In this document: positions 25,188 through 37,721 of the stretch, piece after piece
Position numbering within the stretch: the stretch's first letter is position 1
How the letters are laid out: every line of letters starts with the position of its first letter
Source of the DNA: Eukaryota sp. GEM-RC1
Taxonomy: Eukaryota
Reading direction: 5' to 3'
NCBI GenBank assembly: GCA_040285855.1
Contig: JAUFOQ010000005.1
Coordinates: forward strand, 248,001 to 312,000
Length of the DNA: 64,000 nt
Position numbers and translations under genes: made by a program
The notes under the pieces: generated by a model
What the model saw: the letters and a program-made list of their open reading frames with translations, nothing else
What the model was told of the DNA's origin: nothing
The model's database searches: none

Positions 25188-28100
25188 TTTCTGGAAACAG
25201 TGTGTATTAATCTATTGTTGTGATAATTAGAGCTCAGATCAATTGTTACAAATAAAGTATATTCTTTTAAAATTGTAATGTGGATTTAGGGACTATTTTT
25301 TGGATTATAGTTTCAATGGCAAAATTCAAATGTCAATTTTAGAATTAGTCTCACTGTGACTAAATGAGCTGATGAGACTAATTAGACAAACCAGTGTACT
25401 TATCTGAGGATTTCTCTTTTAATGTATTAACCTCTATTGGAGAATAATGTACTGTATTTGATCTCTTTCAGAAATGCAAAGAGTTAATACTACAATTACA
25501 AGTATCGTTTTGGGCATGAAATATATTGGAGCTAAAAGTGATAGACCTTTGGACAAATTATACGAGGTCAATACCACAGTTGAGATAGGAGGATTTAAAC
25601 TTCTTGATTTGTCCTCAAAACATCTTCAAAGTTTACGTTCATACTACAGAATTGTCCAGTATATCAATAAAACTCAAACCTTTTTATGTAAAAAGAACAC
25701 TTCTTTCAATGAGCAATACTAATGATAAAACTACCACTTCAAAACAGAGGCCGTTTATTTTAAATATCAGAACGTATATTACTATACATATCTCGTTTGA
25801 AAGAAGATAGTATACATCAATGGTTTCACACAACATCATTACTACTGTTACACCTTCATAATAGTTTGATATTCACAAAGTTGGGCTTTACTGACTCTTG
25901 AATCAACAACAATCGCAGTTAAAAAATCTTGATTTTGGTCAAAATTAAATTTGATTGTCTTCTAAAACACCATCCAGTACATCTGTTAAAAATGAAAAGA
26001 AGAACTGAATCTTTTACTAGAATAGTCATATCTGTAAACAACGCTTTCTTCCTGGAAACTTTGTTCTTATAATGTGCTAGACGTCTTCAATCTGCTATGA
26101 ACGACCTTAACGAAGTGGATGTGTATTAAATTCCAGCATTTAGAACTGGTTCTAATTTACTTGATTTACCTCACTCCAATTTTAAATGCAGTACTACTAG
26201 CAGTATTACCAATTAATTACTTGCAATAGTTTACTGCCTTGAACAAACGAGAACAATAAACTTGATTATTAAGTGTCAGTTTGGACTAAACTAGCAAATG
26301 TATCAAAAGAATCGGAATAATACGATGTGTACAGGTGGATGTGAAATTCACGAACAATTTTTTTCTTTTTGCTTCTGTCTTTTTTGATTTCGTTAAAAGA
26401 TCCATGTTTTTGAAACTTTTGACAACACACTTGTGTGAGCCACGAAATGGCTATTTGGTTTCGATGTCAGTCTTTGGACTTGTATTGTTTTAAAGATATA
26501 GATGCAGTTATATTGATTAATTATCTAAAGTAGTAGCTGTCAAAAGTATTTCTCTCGATTTGCAATAATCTACTTAGATTTGCTTTGCTGGTAAGTCTGA
26601 AAGGTCAATAACAAAGTTTGAAAACACCTTCATCTCTTCAATTTTCTGCTTCTCGATTAACAATTGGAATGACAAAGTCAATAAGTTTCATCCAAGGTGA
26701 TGGCAATTGAATTGTACGACTAAAAAAACCAGGTTGACAAAGAATCGTCTAATTAATATTTGAATGTGAAGTGGTGAAATGTTTTAGATACATCTCTGTG
26801 CTGAAGACTTTTTCTGAGTTGTTGAAGAAAAAAGAATCAGCAGGAGTTGAAGGGTTAAATGATAGAGGAACTGACTCTTTTGTCGGTGGTTTGTGCTATA
26901 AAGGTCAAAACTACGACTAGTTTCTTTTTTAGACTTTGGAAAACAATCACAGATACAACATGGTGGTTAAAATTATTACAAATTACAAACAAAACATGTA
27001 CAGTACTTCAATTTTTTATGTTCAATGTATGCTTCGGAATATGTTTTTTTAAGCTCTCGTTAAGTTGTAGGTGACACAGACGTTTTGGATACCAAATCAA
27101 AACAATGTAGCACGTATTTATGTTCAGACGATCCCCATCTCCGTTGAGGAAAGAAATATATTCGTTGACCACGTTGACCATAGACGAATGGGACAAACTT
27201 GTCCGATAACCTAGTTAGTGTGGCCACACTAGTATACAAACGTATATGTTTCCACGTATATAGCATCAAAACTACACCACAACAGACTACACGTGGTCAA
27301 ATACTGACAGTTTTTGGTTCAGATACCTGTATCAATGATACAAAACATTGAAAAATACAGTGATCTAATACCACTTTTGTGCTATTTTCTACTTCTATAG
27401 CATTCGAGAGATCATTTGGTATTATTCATGACAAACAAAGAACTCGTTTTACTGCTGACATAACCAATTGTCAATTGTTGACACATCATATTTTACGATT
27501 GTTAAGAATTAACACTGATATTAAGTGGCTTCCAGAATATTGTACTGATGATGGCGATACAGAACACACTTTTTCACAGTAAGTTTCATTACATACTGAT
27601 TCTAAAATGATTGTTCAAAATCAATAAACAACAAAGGATCAACATGTGGATACAGATACTGAAGTTCATTTAGTAGGTAGACGTTGATTACGAAAAAGGA
27701 TATGATCGTTTATGACGTTTGGTGAAATATTATTAAATGAAATTACAATGTAGCTTATAATCCTCCTAATTCTCGTACACAGTGCAAATCTTCAGATAAT
27801 GACAGTAATTTGATTACTTCTAATGATCTACCGACAGTTTCAATATGCGCACATCAAATTCCTGCATGACACAATAATAGTGCCTTACAACGTTTGACGG
27901 TATTTTTGCACGGAAACGTTGGTTCTTGTTCCACAGAATTTCTAAATTTGTTTGGAATCATGTGTTAAGATTTAGAGAGTAGATTTGCATAGAAACTTTG
28001 CTCTGAAAATGAAAATAATCTTCTGCGGCGACTTCCACAGAACATCAAGTTTCTTAGATCAATAAATAAGATGATGTGTCTGCAAAACTAATCTTGATCA

Positions 28101-30516
28101 AAATACTTGGTATATCTTTTAAATCGATCCTGAAAAGAATTACACCATCAACAAAATTAATTGAGTGACGATAAATAGTAATTACATGTAATGATCTAGA
28201 TTTTTGAGCAGAAATAAGTTCAACAACAGTCAAGAGATTTTCAAACGAAATAGGAAGGTAACCAAATGTGACCTTTTTTAAACCGACATTTTCTTGCAGT
28301 GCTTTCATAATTTCCCAAAAACCATTAGTACATACACAGTCTTCAAAGTCAATGGAAACCAACAAGTTATTGGTTTTGATTATATCACATAAAGCAGTGA
28401 TTGCATCATCATAAAAACAACCTCTTTTTAGAGTAAGCTCTTTGATACTAAAAGACTTCAAAAACGCTGTAAAGACGAGACTTCTTTAGCAGTTCTTTCA
28501 GTCAAACATTCATGTGAAAAGCAAAACACACCATTTTCAAGGTCCAGATAATGAGGAGAAAGACTAATATTCAACACTGATCTGTTGATAGTTAGAATTC
28601 GAGAAACAATAAAAAGTCCTGCTATTCTTAGACTTTGGAATCCATGATGACAGATCACATACTTGATAGGAACATTTGATTTTAAAGCATTTGAAACAAG
28701 CACCAAACTATCGTTTTCAAACTCATTTTCATAACGAATACCACCATGGGCAAAATCAAAGAGATGAGGAGAAACTTGAATATTTGGTGTTAATTTTTTA
28801 GCCGCAACCAGCTCAAAAATAGCCATAAGAGTTTTGAATCTCATTGAGCTATGATTGAGATTGACTTTACTTAAATGAGTGTTCAATTGAAAAGCATTGA
28901 TTAATTTCAAGAAGTCGTCTGAAGAAAGTGAAGTATTCCAGATGTAAACGTCATTGGAACCATCCCTTGTTTGTGTTTCAGCTTTTCCAATGTAACTGAA
29001 GTCAACGGAAGTAAATGAAATATTGTCCCTAATTAAATCAGACAAAGCACAAATTGATTCAGTAGTAAAACTACATTTTTTAAGAGTGAGGTCCTTAATA
29101 CTAAAACACTGCAAAAAACATTGTAAAGATGAGAATTCTTCAGTAGACACTTGAGTCGTTGTTTCCGGCGAAAAATTAAACACACCATTTTCAACGTCAA
29201 TAATATGAGGAGATACATCAACACTAATCATTGAGTTGTTAATAAAAAGAATTTCAAATAAAGCAATAAGTCCTTCCAGATTTGGACTTTTGAACCCAGG
29301 ACATTCAACACTTGTAATAGGAACGTTGGACTTAAGAGCATTAAGAAGTGAAAGTAAATCATCATTGTCAACTAAATTTTGAAAAGTAATTGAACCAAGA
29401 ACAAAATCAATAGATTGTTTAGAAATTTGAATACTAGCAATTGAATTGTGAGATACAAAAAGGTCAAAGATATTTAAAAGTCTTTTAAAGTTAATGTCAT
29501 TTACGCTCAGATTGACTGTTTTTAAAGAAGAAACAAATCGAAGTCAATTTAGTAAGTCAACGAAATCCTGATTAGAAAGTCTACTGTGACTGAAGTCAAC
29601 AGAAGTCAATGAACTTTGATTGATTCGGATTATATCACACAACACAGTGTTAACTTCCTGGGTAAAATGACATTTTCTAATAGTAAGATTTTTGATACTA
29701 AAGCACTCCAACAAAGTTCGAATAGATGATATACCCTCAGCATTTAGTCGTGTAGAATGTAGTGGCGAAAAGCAAAACACACCGTTTTGAACGTCAATAA
29801 TATGCGGACAAATTTTAACAAATATCACAGATTTGTTATTTGAAACAATTTTAAATAATGCAATAAATTCTTCTGAACTGGAACTTTTCAAACCAAGACA
29901 GTCAAAACGTTTAATGGGAACTTTTGATTGTAAAGCGTTTAAAAATGAAATTAATTCAGAATGGTGGAGCTTATTATCATAACGGATAGTACCGTGATCA
30001 AAATCAATCAAGTGGGGAGACACTTGAATATTTGGTGTTAATTTGTCAGATGAAATTAGTTCAAAAATCTTCAGAAGGTCATCAAATCCGATTAAATTAT
30101 TGATAACATTAATTTTTGTTAAATTGGAGTTGGACGACAGTGCACTGATTATCGAACAATTGCGGTCAGAAGAATTATGAGAACTTTGGTCAAACAAATT
30201 ACAATCACTGAAGTCAACGGAAGTTATTGAATTATTGTCCCTAATTAAATCAGACAAAGCACAAATTGATTCAGTAGTAAAACTACATCTTTTAAGAGTG
30301 AGGTCCTTAATACTAAAACACTGCAAAAAACATTGTAAAGATGAGAATTCTTCAGTAGAAACTTGAGTCGTTGTTTCCGGCGAAAAATTAAACACACCAT
30401 TTTCAACGTCAATAATATGAGGAGAAACATCAACACTAACCATTGAGTTGTTAATAAAAAGAATTTCAAATAAAGCAATAAGTCCTTGTAGATTTGGACT
30501 TTTCAATCCACGACAT

Positions 30517-31450
30517 TGTTGGTGCTTTCACCAATGGAATGAAGAAAAGCTTGTTTATTGATCTATACAAGAAAGAAGAACAACTGCCACGTCACTATTC
30601 GCTAACACTACCTCTTCTACATATTTTGTTTAGAGGATTCACAAAATCAGGTCTTGAGCGATCATCTACCATCTCTAAATGGTTCACTTCTTCTACTTTG
30701 GCTCTACAATTTACAGCAAGATGGCCAGGACGGTGACATCTGTAACAGTTTCTTTTCTTTATGTCATCGCTACGCAGTTGAGTTCTGCTTAAAACTTCGG
30801 GATTTGCAGCAGCGGACATCCAACATCTAGCACGTTCGAGGTCAACCAATTCTGAGGTAATGCAGCTTATTAAGCTTGCAAGGGAAGGAAATATGTCATC
30901 TTTTACTCTGGAAGTAAGAGAAACTGACAAACCTTTAGGACAAACACCACGAGCGAATCGCATTATGAAAACCTTTTCTGACAGATTCAATGGTGAAGCC
31001 CTTTCCTGGACGCAGACAAATCGACGGAGGTAATCGTTCATCCGTTCTTGGGGTTCTTTGATGGTTTTATCCATCCGGAGTTCGGAGACAGTCCGAGAAA
31101 ACTCCTCGTAAGAACTGAAGGTGACCATTCCACGGAGGAATTCTCTCAAGCTGGAGTCCGAAGACAGTTCAGGACTGTACAACTTGAGAGATTTGAGGAT
31201 TGCTGGCTCCAGCAAAAGTCTCAAAGGTATTTGTCGAGGCTTATCAGTGACTGACTGATAAACCTCGACTGAGTGTAGAAACTCATTTATGTCGGACACA
31301 GACAGTGTGGACAATCGGGGTGTTTGATGAGACGGGATCATCGGGGCAACAATAATTATTGTTGGTGCTTTCACCAATGGAATGAAGAAAAGCTTGTTTA
31401 TTGATCTATACAAGAAAGAAGAACAACTGCCACGTCACTATTCGCTAACA
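30517..31450 (-). mobile_element. Gag-only miniature LTR retrotransposon (934 bp)
   Basis: Identical 91-bp LTRs (30517-30607 and 31360-31450), TGTT...AACA; 4-bp TSD ACAT; PPT AGAAGAGGTAG before the 3' LTR; AATAAA inside the LTR. The paralogous LRR repeat at ~29300 shows the uninterrupted sequence. Confidence 0.95.
30595..31341 (-). CDS. gag: Retrotransposon Gag protein (248 aa) with CCHC zinc knuckle
   Basis: Open from MIPSHQ. Capsid-like LRM..QERMNDYLRRF..LNLSEKVFIMRFARG; knuckle CYRCHRPGHLAVNC. The stop codon lies inside the 3' LTR. Confidence 0.88.
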   Translation of the reverse strand: MIPSHQTPRLSTLSVSDINEFLHSVEVYQSVTDKPRQIPLRLLLEPAILKSLKLYSPELSSDSSLREFLRGMVTFSSYEEFSRTVSELRMDKTIKEPQERMNDYLRRFVCVQERASPLNLSEKVFIMRFARGVCPKGLSVSLTSRVKDDIFPSLASLISCITSELVDLERARCWMSAAANPEVLSRTQLRSDDIKKRNCYRCHRPGHLAVNCRAKVEEVNHLEMVDDRSRPDFVNPLNKICRRGSVSE

Positions 31451-32676
31451 ACATTCAACACTTTTAATAGGAACGTTGGACTTAAAAGCATTAAGAAGTG
31501 AAAGTAAATCATTTGTTTCAACCTCACTATCGTAACTAACTATAGCAAGGGCGAAATCAATCAAGTGAGGAGAAACTTGAATATTTGGTGTTAATTTGTC
31601 AGATGAAACCAGTTCAAAAATCTTCAGAAGATTATCAAATCCAATTAAATTATTGCTAAAATTGATTTTTGTTAAATTGGAGTTGGACGACAGTGCACAG
31701 ATTATGGAGCAATTGCGATCAGAAGAATTATGAGAACTTTGGTCAAACAAATTACAATCACTAAAGTCAACAGAAGTCAACGCGTTACTCCCAGTAATTA
31801 AATCACACAAATCAGGGATTGTGTCGACAGTAAAACGACATCTTTTGAGAGTAAGGCCTTGTATACTAAAACACTTCAATAAATACTGTAAATAAGAAAC
31901 TTCTTCAGCAGACAGTTGGTGGATCATTTGTGGGGTAAAACAAAACAAACGATTTTTGATGTCAAAACTATGAGGGCAAATATCAACATCTACTATAGAC
32001 TCGTTACTGGAAAGAATTTTAAATAAAATAATGAGTCCTTGTAGAGTTGGACTTTTCAACCCACGACAATCAAAACGTTTAATGGGAACGTTTGATTTAA
32101 GAGCATCAAGAAGTGAAAGTTAATCATCATTGTCAACTAAATTTAAATTTTGATATCGAATAGAACCACGAAAAAAATCAAATGAATGAGGAGAAACTTG
32201 AATGTTTGGTGTTAATTTTGCAGTTGAAACCAGTTCAAAAATGGTCAAAATAGTCAGTAATTTTACTGAAGTATGGCTAAGATTAATTTGTTTTAAATCG
32301 GAGTTGGACTGAAATGCATCTATCAATTTCAAGAGATGTTCATCATGAAGATTGGTAGAATAACATCGCGCAAGGTCAGAAACGTAAATTGCAATAGAAC
32401 TGAAGTCAACAGATTTCAACGAGTTATTGACCCTAATTATATCGCACAAAGCAGGTATTGTTTCGGTAGTAAATCGACATCGTTTAAGAGTAAGCTCATT
32501 GATACTAAAAGATTTCAAAAAAAGTTGTAAAGAAGATACTTCATTGGCAGTTATTAATGTAGATTTTTCTGGAGAAAAACAAGGTATACCATTTTCAACG
32601 TCAATAGAATGAGGAAAAACAATAATATTTGAAGTCAATTTGTAAGTTGAAACCAGTTCAAAAATAATGAATAGTA

Positions 32677-35214
32677 TAGATGGGAGCCGGCTCAAATTTT
32701 GCTCACGGCTCAGCTGCAGGTACTAGTTAGCCGGCTATGGCTTCCAACATAGTTTAGCCGGCTCAAGCCGGCTTTAGCCGGCTCAGCCGCAATGAGTTTG
32801 ATGTAGATTTATTGTTTAACTGTTTTGTCAAAGCATATGCTTTCAGTGTCTTCTCTTTGATAGATTTGTTTTATGTGGTTCATTATTGTTATACATAAAT
32901 TCTACCCTATTCTTCAATTATCGCTACTCTACTCATCGTCTTTCTGATCTTCTTCGTTCAAAAGCCAGCACCGCAAACACATTAATGCAGTTACCGTGGT
33001 GTCATCTAACCGGGAACGCTTCTTAGTTATTACGTTACCAGTTTGTGAAAACAATCGTTCACTACTAACGGAGGTCGCTTGAACAGCTAACATATCCCTT
33101 GCAAATTTGCTCATCAGAGGAAAGTTTTCAGAGTTTACTCTCCACCAATCTAAGGGATTGTCATTCTCGGCCGAAAACATAGAAAGATACGTATCTAACT
33201 CCTTTTCAACTGATAGATCCTCAGAGTCAGAACGTTCATCTGTGGTACTGTTCTGGGACACAGATTCTTTGATGATCTTAAGCTTAGCTCTGAAGGATTT
33301 GGTCTTCTTTCTCACTTCTCTTCCTCCATTTTCACTGCTATACTCCTCCTGAAGGCGTGTTAATAGCAGATGTCTAACTTCCTGCAAGTTCACATGCGTT
33401 GGCCACATTAAAGGACTTAACTTGATAGACGGATCCATCACAGTTGCAATCTTGGTCGTGTCATTCAGTACATTGGCATCGTACTTAGCAATGATTTTCT
33501 TCATAAAGATGCTACAAAAACCGGTTACTTTGTTTGGATATACCTCACTCAATTCCTGCATCTTTTTGTGCAGGTCTGACTTCCGGCGAATATTCTCCAA
33601 TTCTGCCAAATTGCTGTTTAGTACTCCTTGGCCAAATTTGGCAATTTCAACATCTAGCACTTCTTTTATGGTTTCCCAATACAGAATTGTATGGGAAATT
33701 GTCACGTCAGATGCAGATGAAAGATCGGTTGTGATATCATAGAATGGTTTCAACAGTTTCAACAGCTTTGACAATGTTACTGTTTCAAAGTCAGATAATA
33801 TTAGTTCAGTAATTTGCTCATTTTGTAAGAAGTAATTAATGATAGCCAACTGGTCGTGATACGTTTTTAGCATGAGATATGTACTATTCCAGCGAGTAGG
33901 AACGTCAGAGGGAATTCTTTGAAATTTTTGCCTGTGTCTTTGGCGCAAGTTTTGAGCTTTTCATTCAATGAACTGGACATATGGGTTTTAGACGTCAATT
34001 TTTGAATCTTAAGTATACTGGCTTGTATAAAGGGCAATCCATTCTGGACCATGATGTTTAAAACATGAGCAAAGCATCGCTGATTTTCAGACCTTTCGTT
34101 CAGTAAATCAACTGCATTCACAATGTTCCCAGCATTGTCAGTTGTCCATGATTGTGTCTTGGTTTGAAGCCCATAATCAGCAATAATGGTGTTCAGTTTC
34201 GCTGAAATCATTTCTGCGGTATGCGGAAAAGGCAAGTAAGAGATATCGAGAGTGCATGTAAGTAGCTCATATGCGTCATTAATGTAGTGGCCTACGACAG
34301 AAATATAGGGTGTCCCATTATTTGAAGTCCACAAATCGGACGTAAGAGACATCTTCGAAGTGTTAAGTGCCAGCGTTTCTTGAAGCAATAACTTTTTTTG
34401 TGCGAATAAATTCAATATCGTATCCGTAATCGTTTTTCTGCACGGTAGACTCACAGACGGTTCGTAAAACTGAAGGATCTTCAAGAGAGTTGGAGATTCA
34501 ATGTACGACAATGGATGTTGATCAGCAAGAATATGATCAACAATGAGAGGAATTACTCCACTTGGATCTTTTTTGAAGGAGCGTTCTGTTGGCTGAAGAT
34601 ATTCAGTTATTTGTCGACTCTTTTTAAGGGGAGGAACTTCAGATTCATAGAGCTTATTATGGTGCTTTCTCACATGAGAACGCAAGTTACCTGTGGCTGT
34701 CGATGACTTGTAGCGCTTAGAGACACAAAATTTACATTCGATGGTTTCAGTACGCACTTCTATATCACCATTTGGGAGTTTCTTGGCCGCCTGTTGGAAG
34801 AAAGGAGCAATATCTTTGGGAAGAGGCTTGAGGAGTTCTAAGGAAACTATGTCGTTGGAAGAGTTGCTTTGAGATACTTCTATAGGTTCTTCATTGTCAG
34901 AGACCAAAGTAATGTCCATTGCAAATTGATGTGAAGAATGTAAACTGCTGATTATTGTGCTAATGTTGATAAAGATTATTTTTATAGAAATTCTTTAGTT
35001 TTAATATTTAATGTCCTGCAATGTTATGTTTGTATCAATTCATGAACGAATTATAAATATTTCAGCTGTCAAAAATGAAATTTCAATAATCGGCTTGAGC
35101 CGGCTAAAAGTTATTTGAGCCAGCCGGCTTGCAGCTGGAAATATTTCCAATTTGGGACAGCCGGCTGGCTCGGCTAGCCGGCTGAGCCGGCTAAATTTAG
35201 CCGGCTCCCATCTA
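32677..35214 (-). mobile_element. Autonomous-type hAT DNA transposon (AGCCGGCT-subterminal family), 2538 bp
   Basis: Perfect 16-bp TIR TAGATGGGAGCCGGCT; many AGCCGGCT subterminal repeats; full-length transposase inside. No clean 8-bp TSD. Confidence 0.95.
32929..34919 (-). CDS. hAT (Ac/Hermes-like) transposase, ~660 aa, one frameshift in an A5 run near 33927
   Basis: BED finger CKFC..TGNLRSHVRKHH; catalytic SLTSDLWTS and TTDNAGN; CxxH in RCFAHVLN; TRWNST; dimerization domain PLDWW..ARDMLAVQATSVSSERLFS. Confidence 0.93.
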
Positions 35215-37721
35215 ATCGTAAATCAGGGAAGTTAACGATTTTGAGTGCAGAATTGCTGTTGAGCGCTTGAACAATGATTAGAAATTGTTCACAATTGACA
35301 ACCGAAGTATGGAAACGGCAACGTGGTGAGGTGGTAAGACAGTGAGTGAATAAATCTGATAAGGAATATGTGTCCATTGACTCAAAAGTCGATGATAAGA
35401 ATATAGTACACGACCAAATTTCGAGTTTCTTTAATGTTGTGTTAAAATTTAGAACTGAATGTTGCAACTTCCAGAATCTAATGTTCCAGACAGGAATTGT
35501 ACTAGTACAACTAATCACAGTATGATAGAGTTTACAATCAAAAAGATTTAAAATAAAAGAAATGCAATTATTTTAATACTGGAACTGTTCAAAAGTGACA
35601 GAAGAAAATTACAATTTGATAATTGATCAATATCATACAAAATCAGATTATTTAAATCAATTCATTCAATTAATGAATCACCTGAAAGTGACACCGAAGA
35701 AGTTAAGGAAAGTGTTTTCACCGTTTTACTTGAACAAAATACTTTTGCAAGTGAAATGAATTTCAGATTTCGAATGATATCCAACATCCTAATTCAATTG
35801 TACAACATTAGTATTAATCAATAAAGAATTACAAAAGGAAATTAACGGATTTGGAGTTGAACAGTCAGGAACGGTATCAAGGTCGATACATCATAAACGG
35901 GGTAAGAAAAAAGGAGATCAAGAAACTGATCAAAACTAGTATCATTACCAATCAATTTTATACGAGATACAATTGCAGTCAGCTCAAGAATTTCGTCAAC
36001 TTTAAAGGATCGGTATATAGACATGAAGATAGATTGAACGTTTGCTTCAAGAACAGAATTGATTGATGAAAGTAAAGGAATAACATCACCTAAAGAACTT
36101 CCGGAAACTGTTGGAAGAGTGTTTGTTTCAAAGAAAACCTTAATTGCCGATAACACAGAATCAAAGAATCTTTGACTGACATAGTCAACTGTGTGAAAGA
36201 AAGAGTTGAGATTATTGAAAATGACTCCTGGACCTTGCAGAATTTCGGGTAGAACTTCTCTCTATACTCTTACGTGTCATGGTTGATTCTGATATTTGAA
36301 CTAACTTTTGCTTTCTTTACTGTGGAATGTAAAATTTTATTTTTAAAATTGTGAGACTCATTTACTCAACTTATTAAAAAGGCTTGACTTAATAAATCAT
36401 TCTAAAGAGACCAGAATATTAGGTACTATTAGTTGTAAAGCTTAAAAGAAATTGTAAATATTGACAACAATTGAAATAAAAATAGTTTATCGATGAAGGC
36501 ACAAAAATGCATCTTGTAATACAAGCGATAAAACACTAGACACAGAAAATTCCTGGTCAACAGTACAGTTTTTATACAACTTTGTGAAAATTGATTTAAA
36601 AAACTTAGGCATCGAACGGAACAAAAAAAAATCAAACTGTTATGCCAAATCGATTAATTAAATCTCTTATTCTGCGATTTACACATAGATCCAAAATCAG
36701 TAAAAAACTGAGAAGGTATTTCATCAATACTACCAAACATAAAAATATCAAATGGATCAATAACAAATTTTCAATCCACATTTTGAGTGAGTTTAGCAAC
36801 ATCTTTGGAGTACAAATCAATTTTTCGTTTACGGCCATTTCTAGGTGGTTGGAATCCTTTGAATTTCAGCCGTTAACATAAGTTTGAGAACATGGATCTA
36901 CTGTTGTAACATCAAGGATAATTTGACTAGAATCAATAAAAGGACCATGTAAGTCGCCTCGACGAGAATTATTAATTAAATCAAGGCCCAACTTACTAAA
37001 TCAAGGCTCAACTTTGGCATGAAATCCATGAGCTTTAAACATTTCAAATGTAACATCTCTGACATTATGAAGAACAGCACGAAATTGCATAAATATGGGG
37101 CAATTAATTACATGTCTAAAAGTTGCATTTGTGACGATGACTACTTACACATTCAGAATTGTCGAGCAATTCAGCAGGAAACAAACCTAAACTTAATCGC
37201 CAAGCCTCATCAGACTAATGCAAACCAAAAGAACGTGGTTGTTGAGGGATCAAACAAATTGAATTCTGAATATCATTTAAGAAATCAGCAAAAACAGGAT
37301 TGTTCATTATAGCAACATTAAAACGATTTTCGAAATCCAAGTTTTCAAATGCCTTCAAAAGTTCAGTTTGAAGTTTACCCACACACAAAGGGAGAGACAA
37401 TGGAGATTTTTCAGAAATACTTGGTACATGAGAAGGAAAACTGCTGTTCTAAATATTCAAATCCAAATTGTTAATGAATGAAACTAACGAACTTAGTCAA
37501 GAAACGAGATTTTCATTGAACAAAAAACCGTATGTAGTTTTACATTCATAAATTTGACATTGAGGGACAGACTTTTACTCATTCTTTGTGTTTAAACTCT
37601 TTCCATTATTCCTAGCAAAAAAAGAAGATTATGCGTGTATTAAAGTTGTTTATCTCAAGCAGTGATCTGCTGATGATCAGTAAATCAAATAATGACATCC
37701 AAAACTCAAAAGATAAAGAAT

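Larger units (their letters stand above)
1228..26600 (+). repeat. Segmental duplication, copy A
   Basis: Colinear with ~40485-64000 in gene order and intergenic sequence, apart from TE and indel differences. Confidence 0.95.
28054..36280 (-). pseudogene. Large repetitive LRR gene of the same family as 2245-4570, disrupted by two TEs and several frameshifts
   Basis: N-terminus NLNSFFHTVDYVSQRFFDSVLSAIKVFFETN matches the family N-terminus. Repeated units PHxIDVENGVFxFSP..FSIKxLTLKRC..N.SLTSVDFS..IFELVS..LTPNIQVSPH. Near-identical DNA blocks 29030-29300/30230-30500 and 30000-30230/31555-31780. Confidence 0.8.

Noticed and set aside
33107..33742. Antisense and alternative-frame ORFs over the transposase, LRR, RBR and glycine-rich regions
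   Set aside because: Shadow ORFs of real coding sequence with no independent motifs.
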